DNA of 24,000 nucleotides, from assembly GCA_018651745.1 (NCBI GenBank), contig JABIDL010000030.1, positions 3,032 through 27,031 of the forward strand, read 5' to 3'. This document shows positions 1-8,088 of this stretch, one piece after another. Both the position numbers and the translations under genes were made by a program. The first letter of the stretch is position 1; every line of letters starts with the position of its first letter. The notes below the pieces were generated by a model. It worked only from the letters and a program-made list of their open reading frames with translations. It did not search any database and was not told the origin of the DNA. This DNA is from Fidelibacterota bacterium. Its GTDB lineage: Bacteria; Fidelibacterota; Marinisomatia; Marinisomatales; TCS55.

Positions 1-544
1 TGAAACATTGGCACTGTTCGGATTTGGTTTAGATTCTTTTGTGGAAGTGATTTCCGGTATTGGAATATGGCACATGGTTTTGCGGATCCGGAAGAGTGAA
101 GATGAACATCAAGGACATTTTGAGAAAACGGCTCTCAAAATCACCGGATCGGCATTTTATATATTATCCGCAGGATTAATAATTTCATCAATATATAATT
201 TGATAACTGGTGCTCAACCCCAAACTACATTTTGGGGAGTTATCATAGCTGGCTTGTCTCTTGGTGGGATGTGGTGGCTCATCCGGGAAAAATTAAAAGT
301 GGGCAAAGCACTGCAATCGGATGCCATCATTGCCGATGCGAATTGCACCAAAGCTTGTATGCAATTGTCCTTTGTTTTATTGGTTTCCAGTTTGGGCTAT
401 GAATTATTTGGAATCGGAAGCATTGATGCTGTGGGCTCTCTAATTATTGCAGGGTTTGCATTTCGAGAGGGAAAAGAATCTCTTGAAAAAGCAGATGGTA
501 AAGGAGAATGCAGTGATTGTGAACAATCTTCAAAACCAATGTGA
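1..544 (+). CDS. Cation transporter-like integral membrane protein, C-terminal part (CDF/cation-efflux-like); gene starts upstream of window
   Basis: Frame is open from base 2 (..ETLALFGFGLDSFVEVISGIGIWHM..). Several hydrophobic segments; motifs DSFVEVISG, ADANCTKACMQLSFVLL and SIDAVGSLIIAGFAFREGKESLEKA resemble cation-efflux-like proteins. The TTG start at 8 in the track is probably an edge artefact. Confidence 0.7.
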   Translation, partial: ETLALFGFGLDSFVEVISGIGIWHMVLRIRKSEDEHQGHFEKTALKITGSAFYILSAGLIISSIYNLITGAQPQTTFWGVIIAGLSLGGMWWLIREKLKVGKALQSDAIIADANCTKACMQLSFVLLVSSLGYELFGIGSIDAVGSLIIAGFAFREGKESLEKADGKGECSDCEQSSKPM

Positions 545-603
545 CTAAACCAGAGAATATAGAAATTAGTCAGGTCTATCTCTGTTGGGCATTATATTAA
601 GCC

Positions 604-1137
604 ATGTTTCTTCCGTCACATATTGCATCAGGATACATTTTGGGGAACGCTTTGAGCTGCAAAAATCCCACTTGGACAGATGGTCCGTTTTTGTCGGTTT
701 TACTCTTTTCTTCCATCCTTCCGGATGTGGATGGAATTTGGTCAAATACCGTGGCGGGGCATCATTCGTTTCTTCATACACCCATTTTTTGGATATTCCT
801 TTTTATAGGAATGACGGGCTTGGGGTCGATTTCAAACATCCGCTGGATGAAACCCGTTTCTCTTGGAATTGTTCTGGGTGCGATGCTGCATCTTTTCACA
901 GATTGGATTACGGCGCGAACGGTTGGGATTCAGTGGTTATATCCGTTTAATATGACCAATTTTGATGTTTATTCTGTTCAGCCCGAAAAAGGACAAATCC
1001 CGGTTTGGGATATGATTCGCGATCCGTATTTTTCGTTTTACATTGAGAACAAAGTATTGCTTTGGTTTGAAATTGGCATGAATGGACTTGCCTTAATCTT
1101 ATTTGGGAAAAATAAATTACAGGGAAATCGAGTATGA
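604..1137 (+). CDS. Predicted membrane-bound metal-dependent hydrolase (YdjM/DUF457-like)
   Basis: N-term MFLPSHIASGYILG, LFSSILPDVDGIW, HHSFLHTPIFW and LGAMLHLFTDWIT: His/Asp motifs in transmembrane segments typical of this family. The stop overlaps the next ATG (ATGA at 1134). Confidence 0.7.
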   Translation: MFLPSHIASGYILGNALSCKNPTWTDGPFLSVLLFSSILPDVDGIWSNTVAGHHSFLHTPIFWIFLFIGMTGLGSISNIRWMKPVSLGIVLGAMLHLFTDWITARTVGIQWLYPFNMTNFDVYSVQPEKGQIPVWDMIRDPYFSFYIENKVLLWFEIGMNGLALILFGKNKLQGNRV

Positions 1138-2123
1138 AATCTATTCTGCAAATTCTGACACCGATATTTTTGTCAACTTTGTTGTGGGGTCAATGACCTC
1201 TCTGAACGAATCCAAGCCTCCCGGTCGGGACGGCCAATTCTGGTGTTGGATTAGATAAAGGTGATCTTATCGTGGGGGCGAATATGATGGTTCAAAATAT
1301 CGAGTGGTGGCATAGTGAGTTAATAGAATCCGGTGGAGACCACGAAGGGAATCTGAAATCAAGCTTGGCAGAAGTAAATGCAACCTATGGGATTTCTGAT
1401 AACTGGAACCTGAGTGTGGATGTTATGACGGGAAACAGATCCATGGATTTTTATCCTGACGCGAATATTCATCACCGCGATGAAAACAAAATGGGCATCG
1501 GTGATACGAGAATTACGCTTCGCTATTTGATAGAAAATACAACATTTGGCCCCGGTCAGCGGGTTTTTATTGGAGGCGGATTAGTTATTCCTTCAAAGAA
1601 TTCATTGACTGAAAATCCATTTAAACTTGGGGAATCCGGAGAGACACACACACATTTTGATTTGAGCGAAGGCGTGGTTAAAGCGCATACAGAATTCCAA
1701 TATTTCAGGCGATCAGAAGGATCCATTTTTCCGGGAGGCGTTTTGAAAGTGGAAATACCGTTAGAAACGAATCAATACGGTTTCAAAGCGGGAATCCAAT
1801 TATCCGGTGCGATTCTGGTTTATTTTCACACCCAATCTTTTTGGAGTGGGATTCCATTTTTACATATGCTGGGTCAGTATCGAAACCCAGATATTTGGGA
1901 TGGAGAAGAAGCACCGAATTCAGGGGGAAGTGTACTGCAAATTGGCGGAGGCTTAACCTTTTCGAAGAACGGATATCTATTAACTGGATCGGCTCGTGTA
2001 CCGATATATTTTAATGCAAGTGTGGCAGGCCAAGAAGAAAAAGATGTATCAAATAGAACGGATGTTTGGGGAGGATCCTTAAGTATTAGAAAAACAATTA
2101 ATCTGTTTAAATTTGAGGACTAA
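1134..2123 (+). CDS. Outer-membrane 'transporter'-like beta-barrel protein; candidate selenoprotein with two in-frame TGA codons (U-P-L-U) directly after the signal peptide
   Basis: ATG at 1134 overlaps the upstream stop (ATGA). Same frame as track ORF 1272-2123. Read-through translation: MKSILQILTPIFLSTLLWGQ-(TGA 1194)-PL-(TGA 1203)-TNPSLPVGTANSGVGLDKGDLIVGANMMVQNIEWWHSELIE..., with no other stops until TAA. A signal peptide followed by a protein-like N-terminus supports one gene. Could alternatively be a pseudogene or sequence error. Confidence 0.6.
1209..1252 (+). promoter_or_regulatory. Candidate bacterial SECIS-like stem-loop downstream of the two in-frame TGAs
   Basis: GCC(1216-1218)-TCCC-GGTC(1223-1226)-GGGA-C-GGC(1232-1234): 3 bp + 4 bp stem, one bulged C, GGTC apical loop starting 17 nt after the TGA at 1203-1205 and 26 nt after the TGA at 1194-1196. 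An outer 7-nt complement AATCCAA (1209-1215)/TTGGATT (1246-1252) could form a lower stem. Confidence 0.4.
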
Positions 2124-2151
2124 AACCATGAATATAATGAAAGGAAACAAC

Positions 2152-2487
2152 ATGAAAAAATCACTCATTCTAATCGCCGGAGCAGCAATGATTATTGCAG
2201 CATGTGGCGGAGAAAATAAAACAGCAGATGTGGCACTTAGCACAATTCAATGCGGAATGTGCACATCTACAATCGAGAATGCTTTATCTGATGTCAAAGG
2301 TGTAGTAAGTATCAAAATCGATGAAGAAAAGAAAGTTGGGAAAGTTGTGTATCAGGCAGGAGTTGTTGATTTGGCAGCAATTGAAAATGCGATAGCAGCT
2401 GTTGGTTACAATGCCAACGATACCAAAGCCGACCCAAAAGCATATTCCGAACTTGCAATGTGCTGTAAAGTCCCTGGCAAGGAGTAA
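2152..2487 (+). CDS. HMA (heavy-metal-associated)-domain lipoprotein, metallochaperone-like
   Basis: Starts MKKSLILIAGAAMIIAACGGENK (lipobox IIAAC). HMA-like core VALSTIQCGMCTSTIENALSDVKGVVSIKIDEEKKVGKVVYQ..IENAIAAVGYNA. C-terminal MCCK. The ATG at 2152 is preferred over the track start at 2113. Confidence 0.8.
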   Translation: MKKSLILIAGAAMIIAACGGENKTADVALSTIQCGMCTSTIENALSDVKGVVSIKIDEEKKVGKVVYQAGVVDLAAIENAIAAVGYNANDTKADPKAYSELAMCCKVPGKE

Positions 2488-2523
2488 ACCATTTTAAGAA
2501 CAATGAATCGGGGTTGACGCTTT

Positions 2524-3690
2524 ATGCTAATCCCGTTTTTGTTTACTTTTTTATTTGCAGGACGCTTTACGGATCCACCTGTTGGCGTTGGTAGCCGCTA
2601 CCCCAATATCACCGAAACTGATCGCGGATTTACCCTTTGTTGGTTTGAACCGGTAGGAAAAAAATTCAGCCTAAAAATGTCTGAATTTGACGGAAACTAT
2701 TGGACTAATCCGGTTACAATTACTATGGGCGAGAACTATTTTATAAACTGGGCAGATTTCCCCTCAATTTATTATTTAAATGATAATCGGTTTGCCGCAC
2801 ACTGGCCCCAAAAGAGCGGAACCGGTCCGTATGATTATGATGTGAAAGTTTCGCAGTCATTCGACCGCGGAAAAACATGGACAACCTCTGTGACGCCGCA
2901 CCGCGATAAGAAATCCGGCGAACATGGTTTCGTTTCGTTCTTCACCAATTCCAAAGGTGGCCTTGCGTTGGCTTGGCTGGATGGCCGGAATATGTCCGAT
3001 GGACATGGCGGAGGAGATTACGGAGCTATGAATTTGTTCACAACCACTCTGGATCTGGATGGGAATCTTGGACCCGAAATAATGCTGGATGATAAAGTTT
3101 GTGAATGCTGCCCGACATCGGCGGTTAATACCGAAGATGGTGTATTGGTGGCATACAGAGATCGTTCCGAAACTGAAATCCGCAACATAAATGTGGTAAG
3201 ATTAACCGAATCATCTTGGACAGAACCCGAGCCACTTCACAATGATAATTGGAAAATTTCCGGTTGCCCGGTGAACGGACCGAAGCTTGCGGCTAACAGT
3301 AAAAATATTGCAGCTATATGGTTCACGTCACCCAATGAAACACCACAAGTTCTGTTTTCTTTATCCAAAGATTTGGGGGAATCCTTTAATGATCCTGTAA
3401 GATTAGACAGCGGAATGCCGATTGGCAGGACCGACCTCATTTGGCTAGACGGACGAAAGGTTCTGGCAAGCTGGATGGAATACGGGGAAGACAATACACA
3501 CATTATTTTTAGGACAATATCCATTGATGGGCGGTTAGGGAAACCGTTTATTGCAGCAGAAATTGACGCCGGTAGGGCCAGCGGTTACCCGGTGATTACT
3601 CGTATCGGAAGAAAGATTTTCTTGGCATGGACGAGCAGCGGCGAATCCGGGAAAGTGGAATCGAAATGGGTTCCGGTTTCAAAATTTTGA
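2524..3690 (+). CDS. Exported BNR/sialidase-like beta-propeller protein with CECC motif
   Basis: Short hydrophobic N-terminus. Repeated BNR/Asp-box-like segments SQSFDRGKTWTT and SLSKDLGESFNDP; DDKVCECCPTSAV motif. Confidence 0.65.
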   Translation: MLIPFLFTFLFAGRFTDPPVGVGSRYPNITETDRGFTLCWFEPVGKKFSLKMSEFDGNYWTNPVTITMGENYFINWADFPSIYYLNDNRFAAHWPQKSGTGPYDYDVKVSQSFDRGKTWTTSVTPHRDKKSGEHGFVSFFTNSKGGLALAWLDGRNMSDGHGGGDYGAMNLFTTTLDLDGNLGPEIMLDDKVCECCPTSAVNTEDGVLVAYRDRSETEIRNINVVRLTESSWTEPEPLHNDNWKISGCPVNGPKLAANSKNIAAIWFTSPNETPQVLFSLSKDLGESFNDPVRLDSGMPIGRTDLIWLDGRKVLASWMEYGEDNTHIIFRTISIDGRLGKPFIAAEIDAGRASGYPVITRIGRKIFLAWTSSGESGKVESKWVPVSKF

Positions 3691-3765
3691 TCTATTCAAT
3701 TCTAATTTTTCCATTTAAAAACCCCTTTTTCTAATTTGATGATTGTGTAAATTCATTTTCATATT

Positions 3766-5367
3766 ATGAAGCAACTCATCACAGTCTGGCTCATCCGAAT
3801 CTTAACCGCAACCATTTTCATCGGAGGCGTTTTACCGGTTTTAACTACACCGGTTTCTGCCCAAGAATCCAATAAGAAGAAAAAGAAAAAAAGCCGAAAA
3901 AAACCTTCTAAGAAAAAATCATCTAAGAAGAAAAAGAAATCCTCTAAAAAAAAGAAGCGAGGAAAGGCTAAAAAGAAACGTAAAAAAAGACCCACAAAAA
4001 AGAATAAAGCAAAACGTAAAACCAAAAAATCGAGTAGTTCAAAATCAACCGTGGCAGACCGGTCACGTCCACCTAAGATGAATGTGACAGAATTTGCCGA
4101 TGAGTTATACACCATTACTGAGGCACTGAATGTCAGTTCAGATCAATTATCCCGAGCAACGTCTTATCTTAAAGAGCCGGATCAAAAGCGCCTTGTTAGG
4201 CTGGATTCGAGGGAAGCATTTACGACAACGGACTATGAAAAAGCAGCAGATAATGCACCTCAAAATATCCGCCTTCAAAGACAACTCGGTTTGCATTATG
4301 AATCGGTTCAGGAATTCGAAAAGGCAAAAGATGTGTATTTCCGGCTTTTGACTAAAGAACCCCAGAATTCGGATTATCATTACTTTTTAGGTTCCCTTTA
4401 TGCTAAAGTTGGCGCTATTGGGAAGGCACAGCATTCATTCGAAGAAGCCTTAGATCTCCAACCTGATCATTATCAAACGTTAAATGCGATGGCATCTTTT
4501 TTAGGTTCGCCCCGTGAAAAAAATATGAGCAATGAAGTATTATCTCGATCTGCAGTAAAAAACCCGGATGGTCCGGCTCAGCAAATGACATCCATCCAAA
4601 ATAAATTGAACTCGGGAGAAGCCCAAAAGGCAATTATGTTGGCAAAATCTGCTTCTGAAGAGCATCCTAACCACAGTGGATTTATATTTCTGCAAGGCAA
4701 GGGATATGAAGATCTTGGCGAAATTGATCAATCTAAAGCGTCTTACCAAAAAGCAATCCACATGGATCCAAAAAATAAGGAATCCCATATGGCACTTGCG
4801 AACTTGTACTACAACCAAGGAAAATATGTGTATTCTGCATTGGGTTATAGTGATGTAGTCTATCTCGATCCGTATAATGTTGATGCCCGATACATGCAAG
4901 GGCTCAGTTATTACAACGCATCCGAATGGGGAAGAGCCGCCAATGCTTGGGAAGATCTTTTGCATTATGATCCACAGCATCCGTTGGTCCGCATGTTGTT
5001 GCCCCAAGCATATTATGTATTGGCAGTGGAATACAACCGAATCGGAAAATCGGCACAAGGACGCTCGGCATTTGAAAAAGCAATGAGCATTAATTCTAAC
5101 ACGAGATCTTGGCTTTCGGGTGCGATGCGAACCTTGGGGAAAACGTATCGGGAGCGAGGAATGTATAAAGAATCGCTGGCCGCTTTTCAGGAAGTGATCG
5201 AACTAAAACCAGCCGATTCAAATGCATACCTTGGCATGGGTGTAACCTATTGGAAAATGCAAGAAACTCAACTAGCAAAAGCTGCATGGAATCGCAGTCT
5301 GGAATTAAGCCCGGATGACAATGAAGCAAAGGGTTGGTTGTTCATTGCACATCAAGCTGGTTCTTGA
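3766..5367 (+). CDS. Exported TPR-repeat protein with N-terminal Lys-rich low-complexity region
   Basis: Signal peptide-like N-term MKQLITVWLIRILTATIFIGGVLPVLTTPVSAQ, then a Lys/Ser/Arg tract, then several TPR motifs (e.g. AKDVYFRLLTKEPQNSDYHYFLGSLYAKVGAIGKAQHSFEEALDLQP; ESLAAFQEVIELKPADSNAYLGMGVTYWKM). Confidence 0.85.
   Translation: MKQLITVWLIRILTATIFIGGVLPVLTTPVSAQESNKKKKKKSRKKPSKKKSSKKKKKSSKKKKRGKAKKKRKKRPTKKNKAKRKTKKSSSSKSTVADRSRPPKMNVTEFADELYTITEALNVSSDQLSRATSYLKEPDQKRLVRLDSREAFTTTDYEKAADNAPQNIRLQRQLGLHYESVQEFEKAKDVYFRLLTKEPQNSDYHYFLGSLYAKVGAIGKAQHSFEEALDLQPDHYQTLNAMASFLGSPREKNMSNEVLSRSAVKNPDGPAQQMTSIQNKLNSGEAQKAIMLAKSASEEHPNHSGFIFLQGKGYEDLGEIDQSKASYQKAIHMDPKNKESHMALANLYYNQGKYVYSALGYSDVVYLDPYNVDARYMQGLSYYNASEWGRAANAWEDLLHYDPQHPLVRMLLPQAYYVLAVEYNRIGKSAQGRSAFEKAMSINSNTRSWLSGAMRTLGKTYRERGMYKESLAAFQEVIELKPADSNAYLGMGVTYWKMQETQLAKAAWNRSLELSPDDNEAKGWLFIAHQAGS
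3874..4047 (+). repeat. Low-complexity AAG/AAA-rich tract encoding a poly-Lys/Arg/Ser segment
   Basis: Encodes KKKKKKSRKKPSKKKSSKKKKKSSKKKKRGKAKKKRKKRPTKKNKAKRKTKKSSSSKS. By hand count 39 of 58 residues are K or R. Confidence 0.9.
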
Positions 5368-5405
5368 GCACTCGTTTATTTCGTAATATTCCCTTTCTTA
5401 ATTCT

Positions 5406-6524
5406 ATGAGAATGAAACCCATCTTATGTTTGGTTTCGTTTTCTATTCTTTTCTCATCACATCCTGCCGATGATAAAGTCCATGAAGGCGTTCGAGCTTT
5501 TTATAATTATGAATATGATCAAGCTGTATCGATATTAACTGATGTAAGTTTTGAACATCCTGATCATCCCGGAATTTTTCTTATTTTGCCTGCTGCAAGA
5601 TGGGTGCTGGCGCAGGCGCATAGTAGTGTTGAAGTTTCCTATACCGTATTAGAGCATGACTTAAATGAAGCGTTGTTTATCTATAAAGATCTGATAAAGG
5701 ATAATCCGGACAATCAGGAATATCGTCTTTACTATGGTTCTGCTCTGGGCTTAAAGGCAAGGGTAAATCTTGGGAAAAAGGAATGGGTCAAAACGCTTTC
5801 AAATGCTTACAAAGGCTTCCGCATCATTCAAGATGTGGCGGAGAAAGATTCCTCCCTTGTTGACGCCAATCTCCCAATCGGTATTGTGGAATATTATGCC
5901 GGCATGAGCAATGGACTGATTCAGTTTGCCGCCGGATTGTTTGGGCTGGATGCCTCACGCGAAGTTGGACTCTTGAAAATTCGTAAGGCGGTCGAAGCAG
6001 GTTCTTGGTCATGGACTGAAGCAAGTGCGATTCTTTCTTTTATCTATTTATGGTCTGACAGAAATCCGGACGAGGCTGAAAATTTCAGCCGAAAACTGGT
6101 GGAAACATATCCGCAAAATTTTTATTACCGAATTTTGTTAACCGAAAGTTTAACTCGCAATGGGAAATTGGAAGATGCTAAAAAATCGCTGCTAATTTTG
6201 GATAATTCGATTGGAAGTCTAACGGAAATTCAGCAAAAATGGTTTTATGGATATCTTCAATTCGAATGGGCACTGTATCATTTCTATTCCGAGAATCAGG
6301 AAGTCTCAATGCGCTATGTGAAACAAACCATTTCCTCTTACGGAGCGGAATTGGATATCATTCTGGGCGAAGCGTTTTTATTGAATGGAAAATTACTCGA
6401 CTTAAAAGGAGAGCGAAATGAAGCGGTGTTATCCTACCGGCGATGCAAAGAATTGGATAACATGTCGCAAGCAATGCGTGATGCAAAAGAGTTTCTTAAA
6501 AAACCATTTTCTCTACCGAAGTGA
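5406..6524 (+). CDS. TPR-like exported protein of unknown function
   Basis: In-frame ATG at 5406 gives signal-like MRMKPILCLVSFSILFSSHPADDKVHEGVRAFYNYEYDQAVSIL. Tetratricopeptide-like helices throughout. The track start at 5334 overlaps the previous gene. Confidence 0.7.
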   Translation: MRMKPILCLVSFSILFSSHPADDKVHEGVRAFYNYEYDQAVSILTDVSFEHPDHPGIFLILPAARWVLAQAHSSVEVSYTVLEHDLNEALFIYKDLIKDNPDNQEYRLYYGSALGLKARVNLGKKEWVKTLSNAYKGFRIIQDVAEKDSSLVDANLPIGIVEYYAGMSNGLIQFAAGLFGLDASREVGLLKIRKAVEAGSWSWTEASAILSFIYLWSDRNPDEAENFSRKLVETYPQNFYYRILLTESLTRNGKLEDAKKSLLILDNSIGSLTEIQQKWFYGYLQFEWALYHFYSENQEVSMRYVKQTISSYGAELDIILGEAFLLNGKLLDLKGERNEAVLSYRRCKELDNMSQAMRDAKEFLKKPFSLPK

Positions 6525-6562
6525 TTGGATGTTGTGTTTCCTCACCGGTAAATTTGTAGTCT

Positions 6563-7648
6563 ATGATTGAACGGCATGAAACACGAAAAGTAATGGTTGG
6601 CGATGTTGCAATCGGAGGCGGCGCGGCAATTCCGGTGCAATCCATGACCACTACCAAAACGCATGACATCAAGGCGACGCTAAAGGAAGTGGAACGCTTG
6701 GAAGAAGCGGACTGCCAAATTATCCGTATCACAGTTCCCGATGAAAAAGCAGCCAAGGCGCTACCGGAAATCAAAAAACACATGACGGTTCCGTTGGTGG
6801 CAGACATTCATTTCAATTATCGCATGGCGCTCGAAGCCGTGGATGCAGGCGCTGATAAGATCCGCATCAATCCCGGAAATATCGGCGGAAAGGCGCGCGT
6901 GAAGGAAGTGCTGGAAAAAGTGAAAGGCGCGAACCTACCAATCCGCATCGGCGTAAATGCCGGAAGTTTGGAACGGGATTTAATAAAAAAATACGGATTT
7001 CCAACCGCGGAGGCGATGGTGGAAAGTGCACGCCGGCACATTAACATTTGTAAAGAGCACGATTTTGAGGAGATTATTGTTTCCCTAAAAGCATCGGACG
7101 TAAATCTCATGATTGATTCCTACCGCCTGTTCGCCGAAGAATTTGATTTTCCCACGCATCTCGGCGTTACCGAAGCAGGGCCGACCAAGGCAGGCAGCAT
7201 CAAATCCGCTGTTGGCCTCGGAACACTCTTAAAGGAAGGCATCGGAGACACGATCCGGGTGAGCCTTACGGACGATCCGGTGGAAGAAGTGCACTGCGGT
7301 TACGAGATTTTGAAATCGCTTGGGCTCGCAACCAAAGGCGTAACGGTTGTTGCCTGCCCAACCTGCGGACGTTTGGAAGTGGACCTGTTCAAGATCGCCG
7401 GTGACATGGAAGAGCGGTTGAAAAATGTGAAAACGCCGATGTCAATCGCGCTGATGGGTTGCGCGGTGAATGGCCCCGGTGAGGCGGAACATACAGATCT
7501 CGGAATTGCCTTTGGGAAAGGCGCCGGGCATTTGTATTATAAGGGCGAAAACATTGGAAAGGTTAGCGAAGATGCGGCAATGGGAAAATTGGAAGAGCTA
7601 ATTTCTGATTACGAAAAAGAGGTATCTACAAAAGGAGACGAATCATGA
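6563..7648 (+). CDS. ispG: 4-hydroxy-3-methylbut-2-en-1-yl diphosphate synthase (flavodoxin/ferredoxin), MEP pathway
   Basis: VGDVAIGGGAAIPVQSMTTTKT, PLVADIHFNYRMALEAVDAGADKIRINPGNIGG, LGVTEAGPTKAGSIKSA, VVACPTCGRLEVDL and ALMGCAVNGPGEA: canonical IspG motifs including the 4Fe-4S cysteines. Confidence 0.97.
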   Translation: MIERHETRKVMVGDVAIGGGAAIPVQSMTTTKTHDIKATLKEVERLEEADCQIIRITVPDEKAAKALPEIKKHMTVPLVADIHFNYRMALEAVDAGADKIRINPGNIGGKARVKEVLEKVKGANLPIRIGVNAGSLERDLIKKYGFPTAEAMVESARRHINICKEHDFEEIIVSLKASDVNLMIDSYRLFAEEFDFPTHLGVTEAGPTKAGSIKSAVGLGTLLKEGIGDTIRVSLTDDPVEEVHCGYEILKSLGLATKGVTVVACPTCGRLEVDLFKIAGDMEERLKNVKTPMSIALMGCAVNGPGEAEHTDLGIAFGKGAGHLYYKGENIGKVSEDAAMGKLEELISDYEKEVSTKGDES

Positions 7649-8088
7649 AAATATTACTCTCATTATTATTCATCACATCGTTTGCATTCCCTCAGGATGA
7701 AGCAAATCCGAATACCATTTCCCCGGCAGTGGCTTACTGGAAAACACTGACACCGGGCGAAAAGGAACTGTATTTATTTTCGTACCTCACGCAGGTGTAT
7801 GAAACGCACCAGGACTTGATCAAAAAACGTGGCTACGATGAAATAACAACCTGGTATTACGAGAACCGTGCAGAATTAATTTATGGCATTTTTGACAAAC
7901 TCGAAGAGGAGGAAATCAGTCGATTTGTAACTTGGATTGACGAATATTACAGCCATGAAGAATATATAAATCGTCCATTCTATGAAGCGATGTCCTTTGC
8001 TTTTCGGTTTCAAAAAGCATCAGGAGAGACCCTTTGGGATAAGTACGAAAATATGAAATTTGATACAATAAAACCGGATAACGACTGA
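7645..8088 (+). CDS. Conserved hypothetical small exported protein
   Basis: ATGA overlap with ispG; signal peptide-like MKILLSLLFITSFAFPQD; no recognised domain. Confidence 0.6.
   Translation: MKILLSLLFITSFAFPQDEANPNTISPAVAYWKTLTPGEKELYLFSYLTQVYETHQDLIKKRGYDEITTWYYENRAELIYGIFDKLEEEEISRFVTWIDEYYSHEEYINRPFYEAMSFAFRFQKASGETLWDKYENMKFDTIKPDND

Noticed and set aside
566-781. Minus-strand ORFs in the track (566-781, 3759-4115, 4540-5058, 6496-6807, 8360-8812, 16102-16634 and similar)
   Set aside because: They are antisense shadows of well-supported + strand genes. Their translations are low-complexity or show no domain motif, and none has a convincing start context.
585-950. + strand ORF of 121 aa overlapping the membrane hydrolase gene
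   Set aside because: Alternative frame of 604-1137; the translation lacks recognisable family motifs whereas the 604 frame has clear conserved His/Asp motifs.
1134-2123. Whole-genome reassignment of TGA (e.g. TGA=Trp) to explain the in-frame TGAs
   Set aside because: TGA clearly terminates other genes here with tight ATGA/TGATG overlaps (e.g. at 544, 1137, 7648, 8088, 9821, 15038), and Trp is encoded by TGG throughout.
3691-3765. Possible rho-independent terminator in the AT-rich gap before the TPR gene
   Set aside because: T-runs are present but I found no adjacent GC-rich inverted repeat.
3874-4047. A-rich tract as a tandem repeat or CRISPR-like array
   Set aside because: No fixed repeat unit or spacers. 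It is a Lys-codon homopolymer-like coding stretch.
4130-4858. Short + ORFs 4130-4351 and 4676-4858, plus 4877-5086 on the minus strand
   Set aside because: Out-of-frame or antisense ORFs inside the TPR protein gene; no independent evidence.
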